Assembly: GCA_965240325.2 (NCBI GenBank)
Contig: OZ251238.1
Location: 248,001 to 312,000, forward strand
DNA length: 64,000 nucleotides
Origin: Rebecca billardiae RCC1528
Taxonomy: Eukaryota; Protista; Haptophyta
Reading direction: 5' to 3'
Part shown: piece after piece, positions 44,917 to 56,996 of the stretch
Position numbering within the stretch: the stretch's first letter is position 1
Layout of the letters: each line of letters starts with the position of its first letter
The notes under the pieces: generated by a model
Database searches by the model: none
The model's input: only the letters and a program-made list of their open reading frames with translations
What the model was told of the DNA's origin: nothing
Program-made: the position numbers and the translations under genes

Positions 44917-45369
44917 TCAAATGCGCGCGAGGGCGATGCGGATCGGCGGGATCATCGGCGGGCTGATCGTGACTGCCGCCGAGTCTCCGTCCGGCGTGTA
45001 CTCCGCCGCCCTCAGGGAGACGCCCAAGCGCCGCAGCAGACGGATCGTGCGCTCGGACAATTGAAACAACAGGTTGCCAGCTGAGTCGATGCTGTATTTG
45101 ATGGGCTCATCGAGGTTGAGCGCGCCTATCAGCGTGATGCGGGCGGCAGACTTCGTGAGGATGTGCAGAGACAGCTTCTGAAGGCCGATCACGGGCAGCC
45201 GCAGCTCGCGCTCGTATCTCGCGCCTATGGGGGGAGCGCCGAAGCGCACCTTTGGGATGCCGCTGAACGCTTCGGCGACAGGTGCTGCAAAGCAGCATGT
45301 GAGCAGCCCGAGCGCGAGCCGCCGATGGCCGGGCGTAGATACCGAGCGATAGCCTCCAGCCGAGCGCAT
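44917..45369 (-). CDS. Hypothetical protein with signal peptide + AEAF motif (possibly plastid-targeted), ~150 aa
   Basis: LALGLLTCCFAAPVAEAF followed by a compact beta-rich, protein-like domain. The start codon is uncertain. Confidence 0.65.
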   Translation of the reverse strand: MRSAGGYRSVSTPGHRRLALGLLTCCFAAPVAEAFSGIPKVRFGAPPIGARYERELRLPVIGLQKLSLHILTKSAARITLIGALNLDEPIKYSIDSAGNLLFQLSERTIRLLRRLGVSLRAAEYTPDGDSAAVTISPPMIPPIRIALARI

Positions 45370-45984
45370 CGCGCCGCACCACCCGCAGCGCGGGCCCCGA
45401 GCAGCCACGCCAATGCACGCTGGGTGCCACCCCCAACCTCGCGACGCTCCGCAAAACTGAAAACTTGGTCGTCGGCCGAGGAGCCCCTTCTCGGAAGTTG
45501 GTGCGGCACTGCGCGGGTGCGGCACAACACCCGCGCCTGTGCATCCTTGAGACCTTGACTTCGAGATGCAACCGCCCGGTCGGTGTTGGTTACGTACCGG
45601 TACGTAGTTTACCCCCATACGCGCTAGCGTTTCGCGCGCGCCATGCCGTTTGTTTCGGCAACTATGATGGAAGGTAAAAAATAGCAGCGCTGTCCAAGGC
45701 CCAAGGGCGGTTCGGCGGTTTGATTCGAAAGAATACGCAGGGGCGTTCCCCGCGCGGGTCGTACAACAAAGCGCGGGAAAATGAAAGCGCGCTTCGCGAG
45801 GGCGCGCTGGCCTCAATGGGCGCTTGGCGCGCGCGCGGCGCGGCGCGCTGCGGCCGTCGAGTTGCCGTGCGAAGGCGGCGCGGTGCTTGCGTGGCATCGG
45901 AACACGGTTATGCTCCGCACTGCGCCCCGCAGCTCGCTCCTCGTCGACTTTGCCGCGCCTACGATCAGCGCGCATGCGAGCGTC

Positions 45985-46560
45985 GCCTCGGAATGAGCAG
46001 CCCGCGCCCGCCTCAGCCGTGAGCGCCCGCCTGGCGCGCGATGCGATCAACTCGGGGCACGAGCTGCGGCTGAGCGAGGAAGCATGTGCCTGCGCGCAAG
46101 CCGCGCCGCCTTGATACACCGATCGTGAGCTGGGCATGCACCTTGCACGCAACTATTCTTCTTGCCGGCTTGCGAATGTCGCGGTGCCCTTGAAAGGGCT
46201 CCTCATCAGAGCAACTACTCAAGCATGGCATGACGGCAGCTACGCGCGCAGGCGATGCATAGATATGCACGAGTCGCTGCGCGCACACGGAACCCGAAGA
46301 CTCCTATTCATCGTGTCAGGGCGCTCACGGTCTGTTGTTTCATCTCCACTGCATGCAAGGCTCGTGCAGGCTGATTGGCATTCGTCGATAGCCGTCTGAA
46401 GCTGCACCAACGCGCACGATCGGTGTCTCAAGGCGTCGCGGCTTGCGCGCAGGCACATGCTTCCTCGCTCAGCCGCAGCTCGTGCCCCGAGTTGATCGCA
46501 TCGCGCGCCAGGCGGGCGCTCACGGCTGAGGCGGGCCGCGCGGGCTGCTCATTCCGAGGC
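45985..46560. repeat. Inverted repeat/foldback with ~145-bp arms
   Basis: 45985-46127 versus the reverse complement of 46415-46560: one 3-bp indel and about 2 substitutions. No TSD evident. Confidence 0.9.
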
Positions 46561-46990
46561 ATATAGCTTCCGCAGCGCCGCGCCCGCGGGGCCGGCTGCC
46601 TGCTATCTCTCCTCTTCGGGTTCCGTCTCACTCGCACTGCCCCACCTGCCCAGCCCCCGCTGGCCGGCCCTCGTGCGTGCGCGACTCACACGTGCCTTGC
46701 CCCTTTCCTTCCCATCACTCAATGGGATTCTCCTCCACGCGGTGCCTCCCCAACACACCATGAAACTGGATCACTCACGCACCGCGTCTCGTCGACGGCG
46801 AGCGGCATGCCCACCGCATCTGCTGCCGCTCGCCAAGGCATGAGGACACGTAAATCCCACTGAGTAGGAACACACGCAGCCGCCTCGGCATCGCCACATG
46901 CCAGGCGGCGTGCCCACCTTCGGCCGGTCCTTCGGCCAGCAGTTGGCGTCGGCGTTCTGACGAGGAGGCGGCTAGACCGCTAGACATATA

Positions 46991-48322
46991 TATATTTAAT
47001 GACGTGGCAGCATCGGACAAGCGTCAGGCTCAGAGTGCAACAGACACATAGAATGCGTCCGCGCCTTCCGTCCAGGTCAGACAGTGCGCCACCCGCAGCC
47101 CTGCCCCCCTACGGGAGCGGGGCCGGGATGGAGCACCGCCTCGGCCTGGGGCACGCGGCGGCGACGGCAGATGCCGCCGCGGCCGAGCGCCTTCCGGAGC
47201 ACTTGGATGAGGGTGAGGTCGTAGTCGATGTCGCCGCCCGCCGACCTAGCGGCGAGCAGCTCCGGCAAGCGGCAGCCGCGGCTGTCGCCCCCGTGCGCCC
47301 GCGTGGGCGCCTGGATGAGGATGAGGTCGTAGTACGCGTCGCCGCGCGCCGGCCAAGCGGCGCGCAGCTGCAGAAGAGGGGCTTGGAGAGTGAGCGCGCC
47401 GCCTAGCGCGCTCTGGGCGATGAAGCAGATGAGGTGGTAGTGATGTCGCAGCCCGGCCCGCCGGCGGGCTGCTGCAGATGCAGTGCTTGATGCTGGGGAA
47501 CCTGGCCCCTGGGCGCGTCACACCCCGCACCCCCTGCCCCACCTAGGGTGGAGCGAAGGGCACGGAGGAGGCCAGCGCCAAGGGCCAGATGGGTGCAGCG
47601 GCGTCCACCTGCTGCATCGCCCCCCGAGGCGATGCAGCCGGCGGCCGGCTGGAGAAAGAGGGTGCCAGTGCCTATCCCGGACCCGCTGCGTGTGGTTGAT
47701 CTCCGCGTGCACGTGCCAGCGCAGAGCAGTCGAATCGAACGTCGCGGGGTCAGCTGGCGACCCGCGCGCTCGGCCCGCCCGCCGCGAGACACTCCTGGCG
47801 GTGCCCCACCGAGTCCCCGGGAAGGGGGAGCCGGCCGAGGGCCCGTCGGCCGCCGAAGCGACCGGCTGAGCCGGGACAACCTGAAGGGCGCGTGGGGAAA
47901 GGCGGCATGCCTCGTCGCAGGTCCGTGCCCAGTTGCTGTTGGCAATGAACGGTGGCAGAACCCGGCCCCACGCGCACGCATCCATGGAGGCTCGCAGGCA
48001 GGCAGGCCGAGCGCGCTGGCCGCGCTCGTGCCGCCACCCACGCCGCGTCCGACTGGCTCTGCGAGGGCCAGCGCGTGCGCACGAAGGGAGGAAGAAGTGG
48101 TCGTAGAGGTCGTAGAACTAGTCGTAGTCATGTCGCAGCCAAGCAGGAGTGCCGCGAGGCCGACGAGCGCGCAGGAGATTGCCGAAGATGAGCATGGGGG
48201 AGCACCAAAGGCATGCGGCCCCCGCCCCACCAGCCCCGTGTGCTTCGCACCCGGGGCCGGCGAGCGGGGCGGGGGTCGCGTCGGCGGGCACCATCGCGAC
48301 GTCATCGCCAATATATATATAT
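46991..48322. mobile_element. (TA)n-flanked repeat element, longest copy (~1.3 kb)
   Basis: Bounded by (TA)n at 46986-46995 and 48311-48323. The first ~330 bp match 5751-6090. The right boundary is inferred. Confidence 0.6.
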
Positions 48323-48611
48323 AACATATGACTGCTGAGCTGAGCCGCTACCCGCGTCCTGCGGAGAGGGCGCAGAACTGGACGACGCGGTCCGACGCGG
48401 CGTAACGGCGCGACGCGGCTGACAAGTTTGACGGCGCCAGCCGCCGAGTCGAAGGCGAACTAATGTTCAAACTGCGGCCGCGCGCCGCCCGACTACGGAC
48501 TGCATGAGCCCGAGGGCGGCGCGGCCTGCGTGCGGGCTGGACTACTCCGCGAAATAAGTTCTGCGGGGCCACGCCCGGTCAGTGGCCGGCGCGGCCACGT
48601 CGGATGCGGTC

Positions 48612-51553
48612 TCAGGCCACCAGGCCGGGCGAGTTGGCCGACGTGGACGCGAAGATGTTGCTGAAGTCGGTCGCGTCGGTCGACTGCAGGATGTCGTACC
48701 AGAACTGCTCCTCCTCGGGGCGGCCGCCGGGCGCACCGGCTGCTGCGCCGCCCGCCGCCGCCGCCGCACCGAGCCCGAGCGCCGACGGGCCGAGGCTGGG
48801 CACGCTGTTGGCGCGCACGCCGCACGGCGACACGGGCGAGATCGGGAACAGCTTGCGCGCCTCGAGCGGCGATGGCCTCGGCACGCCCGCCGAGCCGAGC
48901 GGCAGCTCGTCGCCGTCCGCCATCATGGTCTGTTGCAGCTGGATCCACACGCCCATGCCCTCGCCGATGCTCGCGGGCGCGCCAAAGTGCGCGGGCGGGC
49001 CGAAGTGCGCGAGGGGCAGCGCGGGGAGCCCGCTCGCGAGCCGCCGCTCGCACGACTCCGTCGTCGAGTCGCTCATGTACGCGTGCGGCTGCGCCTGCTC
49101 GCGCGCGCGCTTGGCCGCACGGCCGGCGGCGCCGCCGCCGCCCGCCTTGGACGCGGCCGGCCCGCGGCCGCGCTTGCGCGCGCCCGCCGCTGCCGCCGGC
49201 GCGCCCTCGTCGGCCGGCGCACCGCTCGCCGCGTCGGCGGGTGGCGCCGCCGCGCCCTTCTTGGCCGCGGCCGCCGCGCCACTCGCCGCCTTGCCGCTGC
49301 CGCGCGGCTGTTGTTTGGTGCTGCGACTGCCGCTAGCCGGTGCCGGCGGCTTGGCAGCCGCCGGCTCCGCCGCGGGCGCGCCGCTCGGCGCTGAGCCCGC
49401 CGCCGCTGCGGGCGGCGGCGCCGCCGCCGGCGGCGCCTCCGCGCGACCCGCGGCGGCCGCGGCGGCCGCGGCGGCCGCCGCCGTACTCCGCGTGGACGCC
49501 TTCGTCACCGCGGGCGCGCCGGCGCTCGTGGTGCCGCTCGCGCCCAGCGGCGCAGCCGCGGCGTCGGCCGCGCACGCGCCGCCAGCTTCTGTCTGCTCCG
49601 CGTCTGCGCGGCGGCTGCAGTCCTCGGTGGCGAGCTTGGGCTCGATGCCGCGCAGCTGGGACGGCGTGTTGCCCACGTCCGAGCCGTGCGCCGCGCTCGC
49701 GTTCGTCAGCGCGCTCAGCCCGAGCATGTCCATGTGCGCCACCTGCACGAGCAGCTGCGCGCACCGCAGCCGGTCCTTGGTCGAGGGCTCGCACGAGTTG
49801 AGCTTGGCGGCGAGCTGCTTGATCACCATGTTGTTCTCCTGCGCGATGCGGCGCTTGAGCTCCTTGGACGCGGCGCACGGGGTGGCGCTGCTCGCGCCGC
49901 CCGCCACCTCGCCCGCCGCCGCGGGCTTGGCCTGCGCCGCGGCGGGTGCGCCCGCCGCCGCCTTGGCCGCCACGCCGCCATCGCCGTGCGGCGCGGGCTG
50001 CTCCGCGGCCGGCGCCGCTCCAACGAGCGGCGGCGAGGCGCCGCGAGACTGAGTGGCGCCGGCCGAGTCGTCTGGCTGTGCATCCTCGGCCGTCGCGGCC
50101 GCTGCGGGCGACTCGGCGCGCGCATCGACCGGCGTGGTCACCTGCGGCTCCGCGGGCCGCGCCGCCGCCCCGTCGTCCTCCGACAGCACCGGCGCGTCGG
50201 CGGGCGCGGCGCTGAGCTTCGGGCTCACCAGCTGGCCCCCGGCGCTGTCCTCCCTGCGCGGCGGCGGGCGCACGCGGCGGCGGGGCGGCGGGGCGGCGCG
50301 ACGGCGCGAGGGGCGTGGCAGGTCAGCACCGATTCGAGTGGCGGGCCCCGTGCTGCGCTCAAGCCGCCGCGAGGCACGGAGTGGGAGACCGATGCAAGGG
50401 CGTTCGTGCACGGCCAGGACGGCCCGGGGCCCGGCGCCAACGCCTTCGCGCCGCGCAGGCGGTGCCACGCGCGCGCGCGCACTGTGCATGCTCGTGAATG
50501 ATCTTCTGCGCCAGCGCGGAGTCCTGCGTGGTCTCGGCGCCGTCGGCGTCGTGCGCCTCCGCCATGCCGACGGCTGACAGCAGCTCGTCCGGCTGCAGCG
50601 GCTGGCCCAGGTCGAGCTCCTCAAGCGGCTTGATCTCCGCGCCCTCCGCGCCCGCCTTGCCCGCCACCTTGCGACTGCGCGCGCGGCGGCATGCGCGCAC
50701 GTGGACAGGGCGCGACGCGCGGGTGGTGAGGGTCGGAGCGCGGGGTGCATCGCGTGACGCTCATGATGACGACCCGTCCAGGTGCCCGCACCCCCGCGCA
50801 GCGCGCCAGCCCGCTCGCGGCGCGGCGCGCGCGCGCGCGAGCGCGTACGTGCATCGCTTCTGCTGCTTTGCAAACTTGCGCATCGTCGAGTTCCAACGGT
50901 TCTTGATGGCGTTGTCCGTGCGCCCGGGCAGGTCCTTGGCGATGATGTTCCACTTCGTGCCGAGCCGCGCGACGCCGTCCATGATCAGCCGGTCCTCCTC
51001 CTCCGTCCACGCGCCCTTGACGACCGACGGCTGCAGGTGCTGGACCCACCGCTCACGGCACTGCTTGCCGAGCCGGCTCTCGAAGGACTGCGCGATCAGC
51101 GACCACTTGCGCGGGCCGTGCGTCTCCACCAAAGAGAGTAGCCTTCGCCCGGGAACGCGCGCGGCGCGCACACGTCTCAGCAATCGGCGCGCGCGCGCGC
51201 GGCGCGCGCGCGCACGATGCGCGCAGCGAGGTGAAGCGCGCCGCGCCGCGCGCGCGCGCGCACAGTGCGTCCTCCTCCTTGGACCACGGGTGCTTCATCG
51301 AGCGTCGCTTCGCGCTCTCATCGTCCGAGTCCTGCGAGAGCGACTCGCCCATCATCTGCAGCAGGTTCGCAGGGGGCACGGGGTTGGGCAGCCGGTCAAG
51401 CACGTTGAGCACTCCCGACTCGTGCACGTCCGCGCGCGGTTCGAGGTGCGGCGCGGGCGCGTCGGGCGCGACGGGCGGCGCGGTGCTTGGCGGTGTGATT
51501 GTCGAGTCGTCGTTCAGCTCTGCCTTCTTGGCATCTGGCGGCGCGTGCGCCAT
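48612..51553 (-). CDS. R2R3-MYB transcription factor (805 aa); complement(join(48612..50253,50483..50674,50849..51142,51264..51553))
   Basis: KHPWSKEEDALLLSLVETHGPRKWSLIAQSFESRLGKQCRERWVQHLQPSVVKGAWTEEEDRLI...LGTKWNIIAKDLPGRTDNAIKNRWNS. Three GT-AG introns; the exons sum to 2418 nt. Confidence 0.9.
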
Positions 51554-51832
51554 GTCGTGTGCGGCGTGTGTGGTGCCGGCTTCGTGTGTCGCGTTTGCGT
51601 TTGGGCGGGGTCCGTCCGTGGGGCGAGCCGGCGTAGAGAGGGCGCGCTTCGCTCGCTCGCCCGCCCGTTTCAGCGCGAAAAGGCGGGGCGGCGTTTTGCG
51701 CGGCCGCCTTCGGTCGGGCATGCGATAAAAAAATCCCCGACGCCGCCATCGCTCGCCGGGAAACTCGGATTTTCGCGGATGTGGAGGCGGTGGAGGCCGG
51801 CGCCCCCTCCGCCACACCTCACGGCCGGCGGC
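51554..51832. promoter_or_regulatory. Probable bidirectional promoter between MYB and sorting nexin
   Basis: Only 279 bp separate the divergent ATGs. The spacer contains A/T tracts and the motifs GCGCGAAAA (51673) and TTTTCGCG (51770). Confidence 0.55.
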
Positions 51833-53735
51833 ATGCTTGCGGAGGAGCCGCACGGCCCGCCGCCGTTCGCCGAGCCGACGCCGCGCGAGGCGCTATCGGT
51901 CCACGTTGTGCGCATCGCCATCGGCGAGCCCGTCACCGAGGGCTTCGGCCCGCGCCGCTTCACGTCGTACCAGCTGAGCAGCGCAGTGCAGGCGGACCGC
52001 GTGCGTGCCGCGGGCGACCTGGCGAGAGCGCCGCCGGTGGCGTGCCGCCGACGCTTCTCGGAGTTCCTGAAGCTGCGCGAGGAGCTCCTCGAAGCGTTCC
52101 CGGGGGTAGTGCTCCCGCCGCTGCCGGAGAAGCAGACAGTCGGTGCGCGCCGCGCGCGCGCCGCGCGCGCCTCTGCACCGCGCGCGCTCAGCGGCGCAGC
52201 GCGCGGCTCTTGGCCCGGCCCGGCGCGTGCGCGCAGGCCGATTCGACCCCGAGTTCGTTGAGAAGCGCCGGCTCAAGCTCGAGGCCTTCCTCGCGCATTG
52301 CGTCGCGCACCCGCTGCTGTGCTGCTGCGTGCAGCTCGCGGCGTTTTGCGTGTGGCCCGAGCAGCTGACAGCGCTCGTGCGGCTGAACGCGCCGACGGAG
52401 TACGTGCCCGCGGGGGACTCGTGGGGCAGGGACGGCGCGGACCCGCTCAAATCGGCGCTGCCCGACGTCGTCGCCTTCGAGGCCCAGGCGCGCAAGCTGC
52501 GCGAGGCGCTGAAGAGCGCGCAGCGCCGCGCGCTCGACACCTCTCTCGAGCAGGTGTGTGCGCGCGCGCGCATGTGTCAGCGTGTGCGTGCATGCGTGTG
52601 TGCATGTGTGTGCGTGCGTAGCCACGTGCGCAGGCGCACGCGTGCGCGAGCTCGAGGGTGCGCGCGCCCACCCGGGCGGCCGGCTTGCGCCTCCTCCCCG
52701 ACCGCTCCCCTCGCCCCGTGCCGCGCTGGGCGCACACACGCACGTGCCCAGATGGAGCTCGCGCAGGCGTGGTCCTCGTTTGGGCACTCGGACTTCAACT
52801 ACGGCCTGCGCCCCTCGCTCAGCAGGCTCAGCGACTCGATGGGCGCGCTCTCCGCGCTCACGCGCACGCAGGCCGAGTCGGACTCGCGCTCGGTGCTCGC
52901 CGCGCTCCGCATGTACATCGACCTGGCTGAGGCCATCTCGGAGCAGTGCCGCCGGCGCGACGCGAGTGCCAAGGCGCTCGAGGCGCTCGCGGCCGAGCTC
53001 CGCGCGGCGCAGGCGGCGGCGGCGCGCGCCTCGGGCAGCCGAGGCGCGTCGCCCGCGGCGGACAAGAAGGCCGCGGACCTGGACGAGCGGCTGTCCGAGC
53101 TGACGAAGCGGCACGCCGCCGCGGCCGCGCGCCTCTCGCTCCACTCGCGCACGCTCGCCGCCGAGCTCGGCCGCTTCACCGCGCACAAGGACGCGGACCT
53201 CGGGCGCGCGCTCGTGCAGCTGGTGGGCGAGCAGGCGCTGAGCGCGGACAGAGTGGCGGCGCAGTGGCGCGCGCTGATGCCAGGTGCGCGCGCGCCGGCT
53301 GGCTGCCGGGCGCGCGAAGCGTGCCGCGCGTGCAGTGCGCGCGCGCGCGGGGGGGGAGGGTGGGGGGCGCCCGCTTCGCGATGCCTCACGCCGCGCGGCG
53401 CCCGCACCGCGCTCTGGCCGCGCCGCGCCGCGCCGCTGGCTGCGCGCGCAGGCGTGGACGCGAGGCCTCAGCAGCACGCGAACGGCACCGCCGCGCACAC
53501 GAGCGCCGACGCGCACGCGCACTCGCAGCTGCCGGCACGAGCTGCAGAGCCACCCTACGTGTCGACCCCCACGCCCGCGCCGCACCCGGAGCCGCGCACG
53601 CCGAACCCGTCGGTCGGCTCAGCCGGGCTCGCGGCGGCGGGCGGTGGGTCTGCAGAGGACTTCAGCTCGGGCTTCATCGCGCACCTCAGCGCCGCGTCGA
53701 TGGCGCAGAGGCAAGGCACGCCGGCAGGCCGGTGA
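51833..53735 (+). CDS. Sorting nexin (PX + BAR-like), 480 aa; join(51833..52142,52237..52553,52752..53283,53452..53735)
   Basis: PX motifs FTSYQL, RRRFSEFLKLREEL..FPGVVLPPLPEK and FDPEFVEKRRLKLEAFL..HPLL, followed by a helical BAR-like region. The exons sum to 1443 nt. Confidence 0.9.
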
Positions 53736-54138
53736 CGGGTGAGGCGGAGCGCGCTGCCGCTGCGTGGCGCCGACGGGTCCGCTGACGGCATCCGACGGCC
53801 GGTCACGGTGGCTCGGGGCGCATGCGCACCGTTTGCTCGCGCTGCGCGCCGCGCTGTGCAGCGCCCGCACCTGCCGGCCCGCGCACCGGCGCCGCGTAGG
53901 CCGGATGCCGCATGATCACTTGATCAGTGATGTGAGCGCAGTCAATGATGACTGTCTGGTGTCTTCAATGTCGTCTCGTCAACTGATCAATACGCATGGG
54001 GCTCAGATGAGTCTGAATACGAGTTCTGAACGACTCGAAGTCCCCCGCCGCCGGACCCGGGCTGACATCCGGCGCGTGAAGCGAGCTTCCTTGCAGCGGC
54101 GAGGAGCAGCAGGGCGGCGGCGCGAGGTGCGCGGCGCC

Positions 54139-55291
54139 ATGCCAGAAGCCGGGCCGGCAAATGCAAGCGAGCTCGAGGGCTGGATCGAGACGTTGTACAC
54201 GGGCAAGTGCATCCCCGAGGCGGCCGTGCTGCAGCTGTGCAAGAAGGTGCGCGCGGCGCCGCCCGCGCGCGGTGGCCGCCCCCATCAGAGGGCGGTGCCT
54301 CACCTCGTCGCCCCCGCGGCTGCGCGTGGCGCAGGCGACGGAGATCCTGATGGAGGAGGGGAACGTGGTGGGCGTGCCGATCCCAGTCACAATCGTCGGC
54401 GACATCCACGGGCAGCTGCACGACCTGATCGAGCTCTTCAACATTGCGGGCAAGTGCCCAGACACCAACTTTGTCTTCCTCGGCGCGCGCACCGCCGCGC
54501 GCACCGCCGCGCGCGCTCGCGCGCGGCGTGGCCGATGCGCGCACGCCTCGCGTGCGCGCGCGCGTCTCACGCTCACGCACCGCCGCTCCGCGCCGCGCGC
54601 GCGCCCCGCAGGCGACTACGTGGACCGCGGTTACTACTCGGTCGAGTGCGCGACCCTCGTGGTGGCGCTCAAGGTGAGATGGCCGAGCCGCATCTGGCTG
54701 CTGCGCGGCAACCACGAGAGCCGGCAGATCACGCAGGTGTACGGCTTCTACGACGAGTGCCTGCGCAAGTACGGCAGCGCGGCCGTGTGGCAGACCTTCA
54801 CCAACCTCTTTGACTACCTGCCGCTCGCCGCGCTCGTCGAGAACCAGATCTTCTGCCCGCACGGCGGCCTCTCGCCCTCGATCGACACGCTCGACCAGAT
54901 CCGCTCGCTCGACCGCGTGCAGGAGATCCCGCACGAGGGGCCGATGTGCGACCTGATGTGGAGCGACCCCGACGACCGGATGGGCTGGGGCATCTCCCCG
55001 CGTGGCGCCGGGTACACGTTTGGGCCGGACATTTCGGAGAAGTTCAACCACACCAACGAGCTCAGCCTGATCATCCGCGCGCACCAGCTGGTGATGGAGG
55101 GGTACAACTGGGCGCACGACAAGAACCTGGTCACGCTCTTCTCCGCGCCCAACTACTGCTACCGCTGCGGCAACCAGGCCGCCATCATGGAGATCGACGA
55201 GAAGCTCGAGTACACCTTCTTGCAGTTCGACCCAGCGCCGCGGCGCGGTGAGCCGCACGTGACGCGCCGCATGCCCGACTACTTCCTCTGA
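54139..55291 (+). CDS. PP2A: Serine/threonine phosphatase 2A catalytic subunit (311 aa); join(54139..54246,54335..54482,54612..55291)
   Basis: [72 protein letters not shown] and the C-terminus [16 protein letters not shown]. Intron 2 is GC-AG. Confidence 0.96.
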
Positions 55292-56021
55292 GCAGCGGCC
55301 GAGCGTGGCGCGCACGCCGAGGCGCGCGCGGCCGGCCAGGCGAGTGCCCATGGACGGCGCGTGCGCCATCCGCGGCCGGACTGCCACTGGCCCCGGTGGA
55401 GCCGCGCGGAGCACGGTTCTGCCCGCTCCGCGGCTAAGCCGGCTAATGCGGCCGGCTCCGCGCAGCGCGCGCCAGGCGGCGGCACACTTGAGTCTACGCC
55501 ACAGGCACAGCTCTCTAGCAGCGTTGCCCTGTCGGCTCGGGACGTCGGAGTCCAGGGATGGCTTGAGGCTTGGCTCGCGAGCCGGGCTCCGCGTGCCGCG
55601 TGGGCATCCCGCCGGGTGCATGACGATTGACGGAGCTTAGCTTTACGTCTACGGCTCACGGACATTATTACGATGTTGATGACGAGTGACTAGTTAACAT
55701 GTAGTCACTGTCATACCATACTACTACTGTAGCTACTACTGTACTCGCCTGTCTGACTCTGAGCGTAGCTACTGATGACGACCATCGACAGCTGACGAAA
55801 ACTATGATACATGCCTGCTTTCATTTTGTTCGCGCCTTTTGGGCTATTTTGGCCGTAGTTTTATCGCGGTGATTATCGACGACGCGACGGCATGCCCAAC
55901 GGGTCGACGCGCAGAAAAATTTCCGCGCGATGAGATTTGAGATTTCGGTTCGCGGCCGGACGGCGACGACGCGAAGACAGTCCGCTTCTCAACCTCGTGG
56001 GAGTCGTGGCCGACGCGCGTC

Positions 56022-56996
56022 ATGACGACGGCCGTCATCGCTCTGGCGGCGATGCTGCCCTCTGGCGCCGGCGCGTCCGCGGTGCGCTTGTCGGCGCTCG
56101 GTGTGACCAGTCCGCTGCACCGACCGCGCGCGGTCACGATGGCGGCGGGCGCGGACGAGCCGCCGTCCATGGCGCAGACGGCGATGCGCGGCCCGCTCTC
56201 GGCGAACGGCTCCGGCCGGCCGCTCACAGCGGAAGAGCTGGCAGCGTGCAGGGAGGAGCTCGACGCGATCAAGGCAGAATTCGGCCTCGCCGAGCCCAAG
56301 CGATCGCACATGGACGAGGAGGGCATCGCGTGGCGCTTTGGCGGGCAGCCTGACTACTCGCTCACCAACCTGCTCTTCTTGAAGGGCAAGACCAAGAACC
56401 ACGCGCCCGGCTCTCTCGAGCTCATCGTGGAGAACCTTGTGAAGACGTGGGAGATGGAGCGCTCGCATAAGACCGATCCGAACCAGCACCGCTCCGTCGA
56501 CCCGGCGCGCTTCACCATCGGCGCGAACGGCTGGCGCAAGTTCAACAACGACGAGGCGAACGCGGTGGGCAACTACAACGTGCTGCTTGCCGGCTGCCCG
56601 GCCGAGCTGTACGACGCTGAAGGGACGACGTGGGATCAGTCGCACGAGAAGTTTCACGACGCTTTCGCTGCGTTCCCGTGGGAGCTGCTCGAGGTATTCT
56701 CCGGCCCGCCGCGCGTCGCCTTCTCCTGGAGGCACTGGGGCGACTTCACCGGCACGTACGACGGCCACCAGGGCTCGGGCGAGCGGCTCGAGCTCTTCGG
56801 CTTTGGCGTGGCCGAGGTGGACGAGCAGCTGCGGCTGGTGGACGTGGACATCTTCTACAAGCCCGAGACGTTCCTCGAGGTGCTCAAGGGGCAGAAGCCC
56901 GCCGACACGCTCGAGGCAGGGCGCGATCTCCTCGGCGCGGGCAGTGCCGCGGGCGGCTGCCCCCACCTGGACACGCTCAAGCAGCAGCAGCGCTAG
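56022..56996 (+). CDS. Pathogen-related protein family (SnoaL/NTF2-like fold) with N-terminal targeting peptide
   Basis: WRFGGQPDY..TN..F, GSLE.IVENLVKTWEMERSHK, GNYN, FPWELLEVFSGPPRVAFSWRHWG. Confidence 0.88.
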   Translation: MTTAVIALAAMLPSGAGASAVRLSALGVTSPLHRPRAVTMAAGADEPPSMAQTAMRGPLSANGSGRPLTAEELAACREELDAIKAEFGLAEPKRSHMDEEGIAWRFGGQPDYSLTNLLFLKGKTKNHAPGSLELIVENLVKTWEMERSHKTDPNQHRSVDPARFTIGANGWRKFNNDEANAVGNYNVLLAGCPAELYDAEGTTWDQSHEKFHDAFAAFPWELLEVFSGPPRVAFSWRHWGDFTGTYDGHQGSGERLELFGFGVAEVDEQLRLVDVDIFYKPETFLEVLKGQKPADTLEAGRDLLGAGSAAGGCPHLDTLKQQQR

